From the IMG/VR virus record IMGVR_UViG_2919367315_000001, positions 46 through 64,045 of that record: DNA of 64,000 nucleotides. One strand, 5' to 3'. This document shows, piece after piece, positions 7,984 through 17,920 of this stretch (position 1 is the stretch's first letter; every line of letters starts with the position of its first letter). The stretch comes from a virus. Under the pieces are notes generated by a model, which was not told the origin of the DNA, did not search any database, and saw nothing but the letters and a program-made list of their open reading frames with translations. Made by a program: the position numbers and the translations under genes.

Positions 7984-9116
7984 GCTTTTCTTATATCAGT
8001 TACTGTAACATAAGATGTATACTCATTAAGCGTTCCCCATGATTCCATTAAATTTGTTAGATTGGCCGCAGCCCAACCAAGTTTGTTATCCCCAGTAAAC
8101 ATTTGTTTAAAATTATATTCGAAATTATATACATCATAATATATTGCAGTAATTTTCCATTGCCCGTCAACGTAATTTCCATTTATTTTATAATACATGT
8201 TGTGAAAAGCATTATATAAATCTCTATTACTTTCTAATCCCTTAGATCCATTATATGAGAAACTTTTAACTTTATTAGCGTTAGCTTTTTTGACTTCCTC
8301 ATTAACTATTGCGATGTGCTCTTTAGATTTTTTAACTTGCTGCGCCTCATATGACCATTCGTTAAAGTTTAAGTTTCCTGGTTTGTAATCAAGTGAATGT
8401 TTAAGTAAATTGGCTGTGATGTCTCCATACTTCTTTCGAGCTATAGGAACAGCTACTAATGTAAATGCTTTACGATCAGGATAATGTATTACAGTATCTG
8501 TCGAATCTTTTACCTTCTCTACGCCTCGCACCCAAGTCTTTTCTAGTTCTACCATCGGATTTTCAAACGGAAAAGTACTATTCCCTGCATACACTAACAT
8601 ATTCTTACTATATGCGCCTTCCAGTACTTTTTGCGAGACATCAGACTGATCCTTTTCTCTTGTTTCCATAGGTTCTAACTGAGGACTGTATTGAATTTTT
8701 CCCAATTGATCTTCTTTTTGTTTTAAAACAAGTTCAAACTCAAGGATCTCTTTGCTGGTATCAATCTGTTCTTGATACTCATCTACGTAAGCGTGTGTAA
8801 ACGTAATATCTCGAATTGTGTTTTCATTTCTAACGATTTGGATATTACATTTGCGATAGTAATCCTCAGTATCAGGTTTATATTCTGTGTTTGCCCATGT
8901 ATACAGCATGTTGGAATTATCCGCATTGTCTACAACTGAAGGAAGCGAATGAAGCGGAATTTTGCTTCGAATATGTAGCGAATGATTCAAGTTTGGAGAC
9001 TTAGCTGAAAGGTTTATGGAACTATTATTCTTATAAGTAAAGCCAATGATTTCACCTTTTACAAACTCGATTGGTTCACCACCGGATTTGCGTTCTATTC
9101 TTAATGAAATGCTCAT
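7974..9116 (-). CDS. Protein with N-terminal TssD/Hcp-like tube domain and C-terminal extension
   Basis: YYRKCNIQIV...RDITFTHAYVDEYQEQ...FELVLKQK resembles Firmicute 'membrane-associated protease 1'/TssD-like proteins. Confidence 0.5.
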   Translation of the reverse strand: MSISLRIERKSGGEPIEFVKGEIIGFTYKNNSSINLSAKSPNLNHSLHIRSKIPLHSLPSVVDNADNSNMLYTWANTEYKPDTEDYYRKCNIQIVRNENTIRDITFTHAYVDEYQEQIDTSKEILEFELVLKQKEDQLGKIQYSPQLEPMETREKDQSDVSQKVLEGAYSKNMLVYAGNSTFPFENPMVELEKTWVRGVEKVKDSTDTVIHYPDRKAFTLVAVPIARKKYGDITANLLKHSLDYKPGNLNFNEWSYEAQQVKKSKEHIAIVNEEVKKANANKVKSFSYNGSKGLESNRDLYNAFHNMYYKINGNYVDGQWKITAIYYDVYNFEYNFKQMFTGDNKLGWAAANLTNLMESWGTLNEYTSYVTVTDIRKAWK

Positions 9117-9369
9117 TGAAATAATCTCCTCTGTTAATTCAATCTAGTTTTGTAGGAAATATTTGTGAAAAAATAATTTCCAAATATTAATATATACGAA
9201 AAATATTAAATAGTAAACATATTTTCAACATGGTAAAGGGCGACAATAGAGTTTCGTAACCTCGGCAAATTATATGAAGAAGCTAAAACGAAATATAATC
9301 CAGCCTAACACGGGCCTGTTAGAAACGATAAAAGCTCCGCCGACCAATTAAGGTTAGCAGAGCTTTTTA

Positions 9370-9795
9370 CTATTTAACAATAAACCTCACTTTAGTTCCA
9401 TCAGCGTATTTATCTAACTGATGACTTACCCATGATCCTGCTCCCCGGTTATCACTAGGGGTTATGTATCGAATGTCAGCACCTGCGCCACCTTCTGCAC
9501 ACATTGCCATTGGCCACTCATCACGGTCATATCCTTTTTTAGTTGGATATCCCTTTAGAGACTCTTTCCTGTTTTCCTCGGCTCCATCCCGATCAATCGT
9601 ACATACAGCAGAGTGTCCGGCTGCAATGGCATCCCTAATATGTGCTCCGGTTTCAGGGTAGCGTGAGCTTGGAAACTCCAACGTATACCCTGTTGCTTGT
9701 TGACTAATTGCTGCCGATTCAGCATATACACCTTGTACGGAAAAAATAGCAACTAGTAAAAATACAATTAAACCTCTTACAAATCCTTTTACCAT
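9370..9795 (-). CDS. nucB: NucA/NucB family secreted DNase
   Basis: [12 protein letters not shown]...[33 protein letters not shown] signature; signal peptide. Confidence 0.9.
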   Translation of the reverse strand: MVKGFVRGLIVFLLVAIFSVQGVYAESAAISQQATGYTLEFPSSRYPETGAHIRDAIAAGHSAVCTIDRDGAEENRKESLKGYPTKKGYDRDEWPMAMCAEGGAGADIRYITPSDNRGAGSWVSHQLDKYADGTKVRFIVK

Positions 9796-9934
9796 ATGAC
9801 ACCTCCGAAATATGTTAAATCTTCTAAATACTATACTGAAAGATATGTCAAAGTATCGGGCGTATTGTCGCTAATTAAAAAGACTCATACCAGTTATTAT
9901 TACAAACTAATATAAGTCCTATCTGAGATTAAAT

Positions 9935-10570
9935 TTAGGTATTAGGAGGGAGTGTGCTCACAAACTCATAAACACCTACTATACGTTTAGCCGGGTAATC
10001 CGGATTTTCAAATACAGTTATGGAATATCCTTGTGGTTTATTAATCATAGAATTAATAACATCTTTTGGTAACTCTTTTTTTAGCGAGGCTTTGATATCA
10101 ACTTGGTATTTCAGATTATCGTCATCTGAAATTAATTCTTCACCCTTCACTGGTATAGTTTCAGGCAAAGTATAATATTTAGCTAAACTTTCTGGAACAC
10201 TTATATAAAAATAATATGGATGTTTACCCTCCAATATATATTTTCTAGGCTTGTCTCCAAATTTATAAGTTACACGAAAGGAGACTGAGTTATCAGAGGA
10301 ATCGTGAGACATTTTAAAATCATAGACAAGAAAGGCGTTAGGGTCTTCAAAATGAGTCCCCGTTAAAAAAGGCTCACTCTTTTCATTGTTCTGATCCTCA
10401 TTTCTTTCTTCACTTTTGCTCTTATTTGTCCCGTTGTTTACATTATTGCTAGGATTAAGTTTATTATTAGCTGTATCCATCTCTTTATTATTACTGCTAC
10501 AGGCAACCAGAGTTATAATTATAAATACTAAAATCCATAAACTAGTTTTTCTTAAAATGATCTCTGTCAC
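9935..10570 (-). CDS. Lipoprotein of unknown function
   Basis: Lipobox LVAC followed by an Asn-rich linker. Confidence 0.75.
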   Translation of the reverse strand: MTEIILRKTSLWILVFIIITLVACSSNNKEMDTANNKLNPSNNVNNGTNKSKSEERNEDQNNEKSEPFLTGTHFEDPNAFLVYDFKMSHDSSDNSVSFRVTYKFGDKPRKYILEGKHPYYFYISVPESLAKYYTLPETIPVKGEELISDDDNLKYQVDIKASLKKELPKDVINSMINKPQGYSITVFENPDYPAKRIVGVYEFVSTLPPNT

Positions 10571-10626
10571 CCCCTTGAAGTATAAAAAAAGGAAACCAGT
10601 TTGGATATTGGTTTCCTATGAAATTA

Positions 10627-11193
10627 TTACAATTTTCTTACAAATATACTATCGGAAAACTCGGAAGTAGTCCAATTTCCAGAGTTATAAGTGCTGCTAA
10701 CTACCACACCAGAACTATTAGCTCTTTCGATATAGCCACTTGTTTTTACCACTACACTCCCAGCTTTAATAGTATAAACACTTTTCGCTGGAATAGACCA
10801 TGTAATACTAACTGATTTAGTAGAATCAACTCCTGCATTTACATCAAGAGATGCTTTAACTTTTTGGGCCATAATCTTTAACTCAGTCTCACCACCAATG
10901 GTGACATTTGCAAACTTGCGTATACTTACCGTCCTCGTTACCGAAGTTGTTCCCCCTCCAGTATTAGATACTTCCATAGAAAAGTCTGTAGATTTTTCTC
11001 TCGTTGTTTGATAGGGCTCATAATAAGTCCCTGGCCCGGGATATTTAGCCTCCGCAAAAATTACTATTCCTGAAGGGTCGATCGCTTTCTCATACGTTGC
11101 TTCAGTAACACTTTCTGCATAAACTGAACTAGAACCTAATGACAATAAAGTTATTACACCTAACAAAGATAAACTTTTTAATTTCTTTTTCAC
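10627..11193 (-). CDS. Secreted Ser/Thr-rich beta protein
   Basis: Signal peptide ending VYA-E; alternating Ser/Thr/hydrophobic strands. Confidence 0.75.
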   Translation of the reverse strand: MKKKLKSLSLLGVITLLSLGSSSVYAESVTEATYEKAIDPSGIVIFAEAKYPGPGTYYEPYQTTREKSTDFSMEVSNTGGGTTSVTRTVSIRKFANVTIGGETELKIMAQKVKASLDVNAGVDSTKSVSITWSIPAKSVYTIKAGSVVVKTSGYIERANSSGVVVSSTYNSGNWTTSEFSDSIFVRKL

Positions 11194-11436
11194 GTGTTAT
11201 CTCCTATTCTTATTCTTTATTTTCACACCCACAAAATTCAATATTATGGATATACGCTCATTATAATCAAAATATGCTACAATTAAATAAGAATAATTAC
11301 TCATTTTACAACGGTTCAATATACCTAATAATGTAATATTATGTATATATTTGTCGAATTTTCTGGTCTCAGATTGTAAAATATTATATAAAAGCATCTG
11401 CAATTTATTAGTTCTAATTAAAAGACTCCATACTGG

Positions 11437-11703
11437 TTACATACCAGCGGAGTCCTTTTTCACATCTACTCTAAATTCAAACTGCTTCCGCATGAAATAG
11501 GACCCGTTAATCTTAATGGAATCCGGTGAAAACTTTTCTACGGGGCCACCATAGTCTATAATCTCCATCATATCTTCATTTAATGGATTAACCACATAAA
11601 CTTGGACTTGAGATAACGCTGCAGCTAAAAATTCTATATCTGTTTGTAATGATTCACACATTAAAGAATTCCTCCTAACCTTCTGATAAATATTTTTCTC
11701 CAA
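11437..11703 (-). CDS. Hypothetical protein
   Basis: ORF with typical composition; true start probably the internal Met (MCESLQ). Confidence 0.6.
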   Translation of the reverse strand: MEKNIYQKVRRNSLMCESLQTDIEFLAAALSQVQVYVVNPLNEDMMEIIDYGGPVEKFSPDSIKINGSYFMRKQFEFRVDVKKDSAGM

Positions 11704-11733
11704 ATTTGTGATTCAAGCAGACAAATTTAATTT

Positions 11734-12252
11734 TTACATTATCCCGTCGTGCTTCTCAAAGATTTCTAAATCAAAAATGGAGGCGGATTTTATATAACTT
11801 TTTTTGATTCTAAAGATTTTATAATTAAGTAGAACCAATAATTGATCTTTTACAAATGCATCAGCCTCTGCTTTTTCTATAAATTTTAAATGTTTTTTTA
11901 ATTCATTTACATCATTAGTTTTTTGGATATCATAATATTTACTTCGTAGAGATACAAGTTGCTTGCTGCCTCTTTGCTCCTCATCCTTGTAAACAACTTT
12001 TCTTGAGCTTGATAGATCCATAGCGAATGCAACCAAAGAAAAAATAATGAGGATAACAGAAAGCCATCTTTGAAATGATTGATCTAACTCAGCAAATGTT
12101 AGTGAAAGCTGCACGATACTACAGGCCAATACCGAAAAACTTATTACTGTAGAAGTAGTAAATAATAAAAGTAGTACATTACATTTTGTATTCTGTACGC
12201 CTATATCAAAAATTAACTGAGCTAATCGCTTGAGAATTTGTTGTTTACTCAT
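11734..12252 (-). CDS. 2-TM protein, SLATT-like
   Basis: Two hydrophobic helices then a helical cytoplasmic tail; start overlaps the upstream stop. Confidence 0.55.
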   Translation of the reverse strand: MSKQQILKRLAQLIFDIGVQNTKCNVLLLLFTTSTVISFSVLACSIVQLSLTFAELDQSFQRWLSVILIIFSLVAFAMDLSSSRKVVYKDEEQRGSKQLVSLRSKYYDIQKTNDVNELKKHLKFIEKAEADAFVKDQLLVLLNYKIFRIKKSYIKSASIFDLEIFEKHDGIM

Positions 12253-13216
12253 TTTCCGATACCTCAGTTTTTGGATATATAATAAGTTGGGATTTATCAT
12301 CAACATTTTTTCTTACGATAGATAGAACATAATCAAAGTCTTCATAGTCTATGTCTGAATTGAGAAGAGATATTTTTAATCTTGCTTCACATAGAAATTT
12401 ATAGTATTTCACATAAAACTCTTGTTTATCTTCTCCGGGTCCTCTATAAAACTCAAACGCGTTATAAGCCAGATCATAATCTTCTTTTCTAAGTGGAGAC
12501 TCTAGTAACCTTGCAAAAAAAGGAGCGGTCTCTATAGTAACTTTACTCCAATCATATTTAAATGCTTGGATCATTTTTTTCAGACTTGATAGACTGTCGA
12601 CGCTAATGTTTTTTATTTCAACTCCCTTAATTAATGTAACTTTAAATCTTTCTCTAATGATTTCAGATTCTTGAACAAGCAATATATCCCACCCACGATG
12701 GAGAAAAGCATTTAAAATCTCTTTGTTTTTAACATCAAATTCTTTAACAGTGGTTACGAGAATAATCAACAAGGGGGTTATAATAGCAAGGGCTCTCTCG
12801 ACATATTGTATAAATTGTGCAATTCCGAAAAAAGTATGATTACTGTTCAAATTAAAATAACTGGATGCACTAATATTAATAAATTGAAAGAAAAATTCAC
12901 TTTTATTGGATTTGTAAAGAGTGTAATTTATATGGTGAATATAGACTGCATTCTTTAAATCGCTTACTTGCAATTTTGTTCCAGATACATTTTGTTTTTC
13001 ATTTACGATATGAACTATATCGAACAGTGAGACGATAAAATAACAGGCTGCAAATGTTACAATGATTATTAAGCTAAATAAAAAGTATCGCAAAATAATT
13101 TTAGTAATTAAGTTATTGAAGCTTTTCCAAATAAAAAGTCTCAATAACTGAAAAACCAAAAGAGAAGTTACTAAAAAGAACAATAAGATGCTCATTGACT
13201 CTTGAATAATTATCAC
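12245..13216 (-). CDS. AT-rich membrane protein with cytoplasmic C-terminal domain
   Basis: 323-aa ORF, ~3 TM segments; coupled to the downstream gene. Confidence 0.7.
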   Translation of the reverse strand: MIIIQESMSILLFFLVTSLLVFQLLRLFIWKSFNNLITKIILRYFLFSLIIIVTFAACYFIVSLFDIVHIVNEKQNVSGTKLQVSDLKNAVYIHHINYTLYKSNKSEFFFQFINISASSYFNLNSNHTFFGIAQFIQYVERALAIITPLLIILVTTVKEFDVKNKEILNAFLHRGWDILLVQESEIIRERFKVTLIKGVEIKNISVDSLSSLKKMIQAFKYDWSKVTIETAPFFARLLESPLRKEDYDLAYNAFEFYRGPGEDKQEFYVKYYKFLCEARLKISLLNSDIDYEDFDYVLSIVRKNVDDKSQLIIYPKTEVSENE

Positions 13217-13751
13217 TCCTGTACATAAATGATACCTTTAAAAGTTGTGAACCAGTTCTGAAGTATTTTTTAATCCATCACCCTTATTATGTATATACCT
13301 TATATTCCCTGTATTGAATTATCACAGCCTCAAACAAATTAGTCAATAAGAACTATTACTTAAGACATAGGGAAAGCAAAAAAAGAAACTCTATATACCC
13401 AATCTTAAGGGCACATAGAGCTTCTGACACAATGAAAATCACTATTATTATTATATTTGTTTATTAGATGCTTTGGTAGGGCCCCTATTTAGGAGGGACC
13501 GACCAAAGCATTCCTAAAACGTCAAGTCAAATCGTATTTTTGTCAACTCTTGGCTAGCAAGTATGACATGTAGTTTAAAGTTCCGATAAGTGAAATAAAT
13601 ATTATTAACATGAAGCTTATAAAAACCAAATATGCTTTAAAGATTACATTCTTGTTTGTCAATTAAACACACGCTCCCTTAGTTTAACATAACGGAGCTT
13701 TGGGTCGATCCACTTTAATTCTATTACATTGAGCTATAAAATGTCAAAAAA

Positions 13752-14831
13752 TCACTTTATAAGCCTTATCCTCGGTTTTCCTACAGAATATATATTTTGA
13801 AACTCCGCTTCGGTTAGAGAAGTCACGTTACTTAAATCCTTGTATGAATAACTGAGATCAGATTGATGGATTTGCAAGATCTCTTCTAACATAGATGGCT
13901 TCTCAAAAGGAAGATCAAGTTCAATAGGTTCCCTCGTCCTATAGCCCGATTTTCCCATTTGAGTCCACAGGTATCTTGACTGTCTCTCAGTAATTTTATT
14001 TAAGTCCACAGCCCTTTTTAGCAAAGCATTCATTGATACTTTCCAGTATGGCTTTAAAGCAGCAAGTTTAGGAAGAGTAATGCCACCCAAAGAGTGAGAT
14101 ATCTCATTTTTAGGCATTAGAAATTCAGAAGAGAAACGGTCCGCTTGTTCTTCGATATCCACATCTTCACTTGGTGGTTTTCGATGCATAATAATATGTC
14201 CAAGTTCATGACATAATGTAAAACGGATTCGGTCCATAGTTCGATTAAAGTTTGTGAAAATGAGCGGAGGTACACCAGGATTCCATAAATGAATAGCATC
14301 TATATTAGCATCTTCAAAGTCGAAAGGAATAACTATTGCACCCGCATCTTCTAGAACATCAATTACATTTTGTATTGGCCCATTAGGAATTCTAAAAGTT
14401 GCACGAACTATTTGTGCTATTTTTTCGACATCACCATCATACTTTTCTGGGTCCATATGAAAGAACGTAGGCTCGTCTATATCAACTGATCTCAGCAAGG
14501 TTTGAATTTCCATTCTTCTTAATTCAAGCCGCGCATAAACAGTGTTTAATTGTCGTTGGGGAACCGCCTGTTTTTTTCTATGGAAAAATTCACTCAAACC
14601 AATTCCGTATATCTTCTCTTCTCTTTGAAAAAAATTATTCGGATAATTTAAAGCTTTTGAAATTTTATCTAACTCTTCTTGAGTTATTGAAATTAATCCA
14701 TTTTCGATTTTCGAAAGTTTCCCCTGTGTAAAGCCAATTTTTTTGGCCAATTCACTTTGGCTGATAGATCGTGATTCTCTCCCCAGCACAACTAATTGGC
14801 TATTATAATTCACGCTATTTGTTAATTGCAT
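13752..14831 (-). CDS. XRE-HTH plus ImmA/IrrE zinc metallopeptidase
   Basis: N-terminal HTH (RESRSISQSELAKKIGFTQGKLSKIE) and HExxH (RFTLCHELGH). Confidence 0.9.
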   Translation of the reverse strand: MQLTNSVNYNSQLVVLGRESRSISQSELAKKIGFTQGKLSKIENGLISITQEELDKISKALNYPNNFFQREEKIYGIGLSEFFHRKKQAVPQRQLNTVYARLELRRMEIQTLLRSVDIDEPTFFHMDPEKYDGDVEKIAQIVRATFRIPNGPIQNVIDVLEDAGAIVIPFDFEDANIDAIHLWNPGVPPLIFTNFNRTMDRIRFTLCHELGHIIMHRKPPSEDVDIEEQADRFSSEFLMPKNEISHSLGGITLPKLAALKPYWKVSMNALLKRAVDLNKITERQSRYLWTQMGKSGYRTREPIELDLPFEKPSMLEEILQIHQSDLSYSYKDLSNVTSLTEAEFQNIYSVGKPRIRLIK

Positions 14832-15444
14832 TTTTATCACCAGCACTAATAGATTTGTCTTTAACCCGAACTCTTGTTTTTCTTGTTGTAGTTTCTGAAG
14901 GTGTAGGTAGCGGGAAAAGGGCCGGCTCCGCAATAGGAGTTACCTCTTCATGTGTGATATCCCACTCCCAGATATTTATCTTTCCATATCTGTAAGTGAT
15001 ATAAATTCCATCAATATTTGATTGAAGGTTATTCAAAGTATAACCAACATGCAACAATCCATACGGAGGTAATCCTTCCAGTTCCAATTGTACAGTATCT
15101 TGAAGATCATAGGCCAATGCTTGCATTGTTGTTATTCCATTAGAAAGAAGCTTGTCGTTAAACTTTTTAAACCGTAGAGTTAAAAGTCCTTCAATTGAAA
15201 GCATGAATAAGCCTTTTCTCTCGTCAGTTCTTACTTTAGGCAATCCTTCAAACTTTAACTTGATTTCATCTTTAATATTATCATGACAAATTGAAGCTGC
15301 TGTTCTTTGCGAGTGCTTGTGCCTTGTCTGAGCATATTCCTCGCCTATGTAATAATCCTGTACACCTTTAAAAACAGCAGTTTTAATCAAATCAATATAT
15401 GGCTGCAACATTCTTATTGCGTCATCCTTCAATAGTGGCTCCAT
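14815..15444 (-). CDS. Hypothetical protein coupled to the HTH-peptidase gene (candidate toxin)
   Basis: LRFKKF...SNGITTMQA...LHVGY; stop overlaps the peptidase start. Confidence 0.65.
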   Translation of the reverse strand: MEPLLKDDAIRMLQPYIDLIKTAVFKGVQDYYIGEEYAQTRHKHSQRTAASICHDNIKDEIKLKFEGLPKVRTDERKGLFMLSIEGLLTLRFKKFNDKLLSNGITTMQALAYDLQDTVQLELEGLPPYGLLHVGYTLNNLQSNIDGIYITYRYGKINIWEWDITHEEVTPIAEPALFPLPTPSETTTRKTRVRVKDKSISAGDKNAINK

Positions 15445-15700
15445 AGCTTCCCTCCTCTTTCTACTATTATATTATCAATTTAAGATTTTGTCAAAATCAT
15501 TGTAAATTATTCCGTTAATTATTCTCTTAATTATTTCTAGATACTTCCTCTCAATCCTCTGAATACAAAATTGCACCCTACCGGCTAAAGCCAGCAAGGT
15601 ATTTACTTTATCCTTTTATTTCGTAGCTACAGGTGTTTAAAGAACTTTCTATATGGATATATATCCCTAGTTCTGATAGACTACGACTAGAATATCCAAT

Positions 15701-16318
15701 GTGAAGGGGATTACTACTTTGGAACCTGTAAATCAAATCAAAAATGAACGTAAAAAGATCCGGATAAATTGGAGAATAGTTTCTATCTATCCTCTCGTAT
15801 TAGCGTCTATTGTATTATTTGGACTTTTTATTTATCCCACTATGTACAAATACGATAAATTGGATCAAAAGTACCCTGTAATGATCAATCGTTTAACTGG
15901 AGAAGCAAAGATTCTGACTCAAGACGGCTGGCAAAACACCCCTGATATTGATTCTGCAATTGGCAAAATGGAACAATATAAAGGTGAAATATCTATGGAA
16001 ATTGACAAACAGAAAGAACAAATCACGCAGAATGTAATGGCTTCTGTAGAGAGACAACTTGATGAAATCAAAAACCAAAGTGCATCTGTAAATCAAAGCC
16101 CCTCAGAGAGTGAATTTGCAGGTGTTAGAAATCGGGATAGAGGGACGTTCAGTAAAGGTGATTCAATGGACACCGTGGAGAAGATAATGGGCACTGCTAA
16201 TACAGTAAACTATGCTGGTCCTTTTGAAAGATGGTTTTATGGAAATTCAAGTGTGAGTTTCAAAGACGGGAAAGTTAATGGATGGAACAATTCAGACGGA
16301 AATCTATCGCTAAAATAA
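15701..16318 (+). CDS. Membrane-anchored protein with BamE/SmpA-like C-terminus
   Basis: TM helix, coiled coil, GDSMDTVEKIMG...WFYG...VSFKDGKV. Confidence 0.65.
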   Translation: MKGITTLEPVNQIKNERKKIRINWRIVSIYPLVLASIVLFGLFIYPTMYKYDKLDQKYPVMINRLTGEAKILTQDGWQNTPDIDSAIGKMEQYKGEISMEIDKQKEQITQNVMASVERQLDEIKNQSASVNQSPSESEFAGVRNRDRGTFSKGDSMDTVEKIMGTANTVNYAGPFERWFYGNSSVSFKDGKVNGWNNSDGNLSLK

Positions 16319-16358
16319 AACAAAAGCTCCGGCAGTAGATGCACGGAGCTTTTGTTTT
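16317..16358. terminator. Bidirectional terminator
   Basis: aaaacaaaagctccg...cggagcttttgtttt between convergent genes. Confidence 0.8.
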
Positions 16359-16364
16359 ATTTTT

Positions 16365-16922
16365 TTATTCTGCCGTTACTGCGGCTTGAACAGCTTCTAC
16401 CGATGCTGAAATAGGCTCAGGTTCAGAATGCACCCGGGCAGGAACAACAAATGCTACCTCTGCTGTAGCCTGTGCCAAGAAATTATTAGGTTTTGCAGCA
16501 AGCCCCGATACAGCCTCCTTAGCAGCCGCTTGAGTAGCTTCTTCGTTCGGTTGTGATTCTGTAACGATTGCCTTCGTTTTGGAGTTATACTCTAAATATG
16601 CCTTTTCTATCGCGGATCGAATCTCTACAGCCGATACAGTAATGCCCTGTTCTGCTAAACGCAATGTAGTATACTGTAATGCTTCCTGAAGCTTACGCTC
16701 TCCCCCTGCTTGTTTGAACGCCGTTTGAGCAAAGGCAAAACCCTCTCCTGCTATCTTATGGATTACTTCCCTCTGTGCTGCCGTTGTACGTGCCTCCAAC
16801 CATAAATTTACTTTTACCTTGACTGTGTTCAATCCAGCCAAAACGAATGTCGTAAGTACGCCTACGGCTGCTGTAGCAATAGTAGTCACGTATGGTTGTA
16901 CACCTTCGATTAATGTTTGCAT
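16365..16922 (-). CDS. Phage holin, LL-H family
   Basis: Single N-terminal TM; GGERKLQEAL...IRSAIEKAY pattern; follows the endolysin. Confidence 0.7.
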   Translation of the reverse strand: MQTLIEGVQPYVTTIATAAVGVLTTFVLAGLNTVKVKVNLWLEARTTAAQREVIHKIAGEGFAFAQTAFKQAGGERKLQEALQYTTLRLAEQGITVSAVEIRSAIEKAYLEYNSKTKAIVTESQPNEEATQAAAKEAVSGLAAKPNNFLAQATAEVAFVVPARVHSEPEPISASVEAVQAAVTAE

Positions 16923-16924
16923 GA

Positions 16925-17920
16925 TTATTTATCCCCTTTCGTTTTCAGGCCAGCAATTTTATTTTTAGCATCCCATGAAATCTCAGCTCCGTATGATTCC
17001 GCAATGGGCCGCAATTGTACATAAGATGTTCCTTCAACCAATTTCACAGACTGCAATTTACGATTGTTCAGATATGCGACCTTTTTGGCATTATCCCAAC
17101 GTAAAGGGATGCCAAGAGCATCCGCCAGCACGCGCAACGGAACGTGAGTCTTTCCATCAAACAGCAGAGCTTTACCTACATTCTCTCCGTTAATCTGGAA
17201 TGATCCATCCTTAACAGTCGCGTCTTCCTCTTTGGGTACGGATGGCTTCTTGCTGAACCGCGTCCGAAGCTCATCTGCCGTGCCGTCAAATTCATTCAAA
17301 TCGACTGGACCCGCTATGCCAGCCACCTTATGCGTGCCGGACGGCAGTGTACCACCAGCTGAGCCATCGCTATACTGCCAGAAATCCCAGCGCGACCATC
17401 CAGACGCGCCAGGTGGAACTTGTGTGGAGCTGTACCGGGCGATCCACAGCGGGTAATCTGATAAGCCGCTGAAATTACCGATGAACGAAGGATATGTGTA
17501 CACGATTGGTCGTACTCCAGTAAGCCGCTCAACCTCCTGCAAAAAAGCTTTGGCTACGGATGTAAGCGCCGATTTGCTCAAGCCGGACTTGTTGGACTCA
17601 TAATCCATTACAGGCGGCAGATCAAAAGCCGCGATGCCTCCTGCTGAATCAATGGCGCTCACGAAGTTTGCAGCTTCCTTTCGGGCATCCTCTGGCGTTA
17701 TGGCAGAGTCGTCTACATAGTGATAAGCTCCAACCAGGACTCCTACAGCTCGCGCAGCCTGCGCATTACCGATGAATGTCTTGTCCCGGTATGACTTTCC
17801 TTGACTGGCCTTGATGAAGGCAAACGATATGCCGTCTTCCTTCACTGCCTTCCAATCAATCTTTCCCTGATATCGGGATACATCTATCCCTTGCGCGTTA
17901 CCTTTCTTTCTTGCCTGCAT
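16925..17920 (-). CDS. GH25 muramidase endolysin with C-terminal cell-wall-binding (copper-amine-oxidase-N-like) repeats
   Basis: GIDVSRYQG...FAFIKASQG...GAYHY...PPVMDYE...WDFWQYS...VDLN. Confidence 0.95.
   Translation of the reverse strand: MQARKKGNAQGIDVSRYQGKIDWKAVKEDGISFAFIKASQGKSYRDKTFIGNAQAARAVGVLVGAYHYVDDSAITPEDARKEAANFVSAIDSAGGIAAFDLPPVMDYESNKSGLSKSALTSVAKAFLQEVERLTGVRPIVYTYPSFIGNFSGLSDYPLWIARYSSTQVPPGASGWSRWDFWQYSDGSAGGTLPSGTHKVAGIAGPVDLNEFDGTADELRTRFSKKPSVPKEEDATVKDGSFQINGENVGKALLFDGKTHVPLRVLADALGIPLRWDNAKKVAYLNNRKLQSVKLVEGTSYVQLRPIAESYGAEISWDAKNKIAGLKTKGDK

Noticed and set aside
9305-9322. ctaaca-cgggcc-tgttag palindrome as another cassette site
   Set aside because: Lacks the outer arms and sits in a terminator region; the resemblance may be chance.
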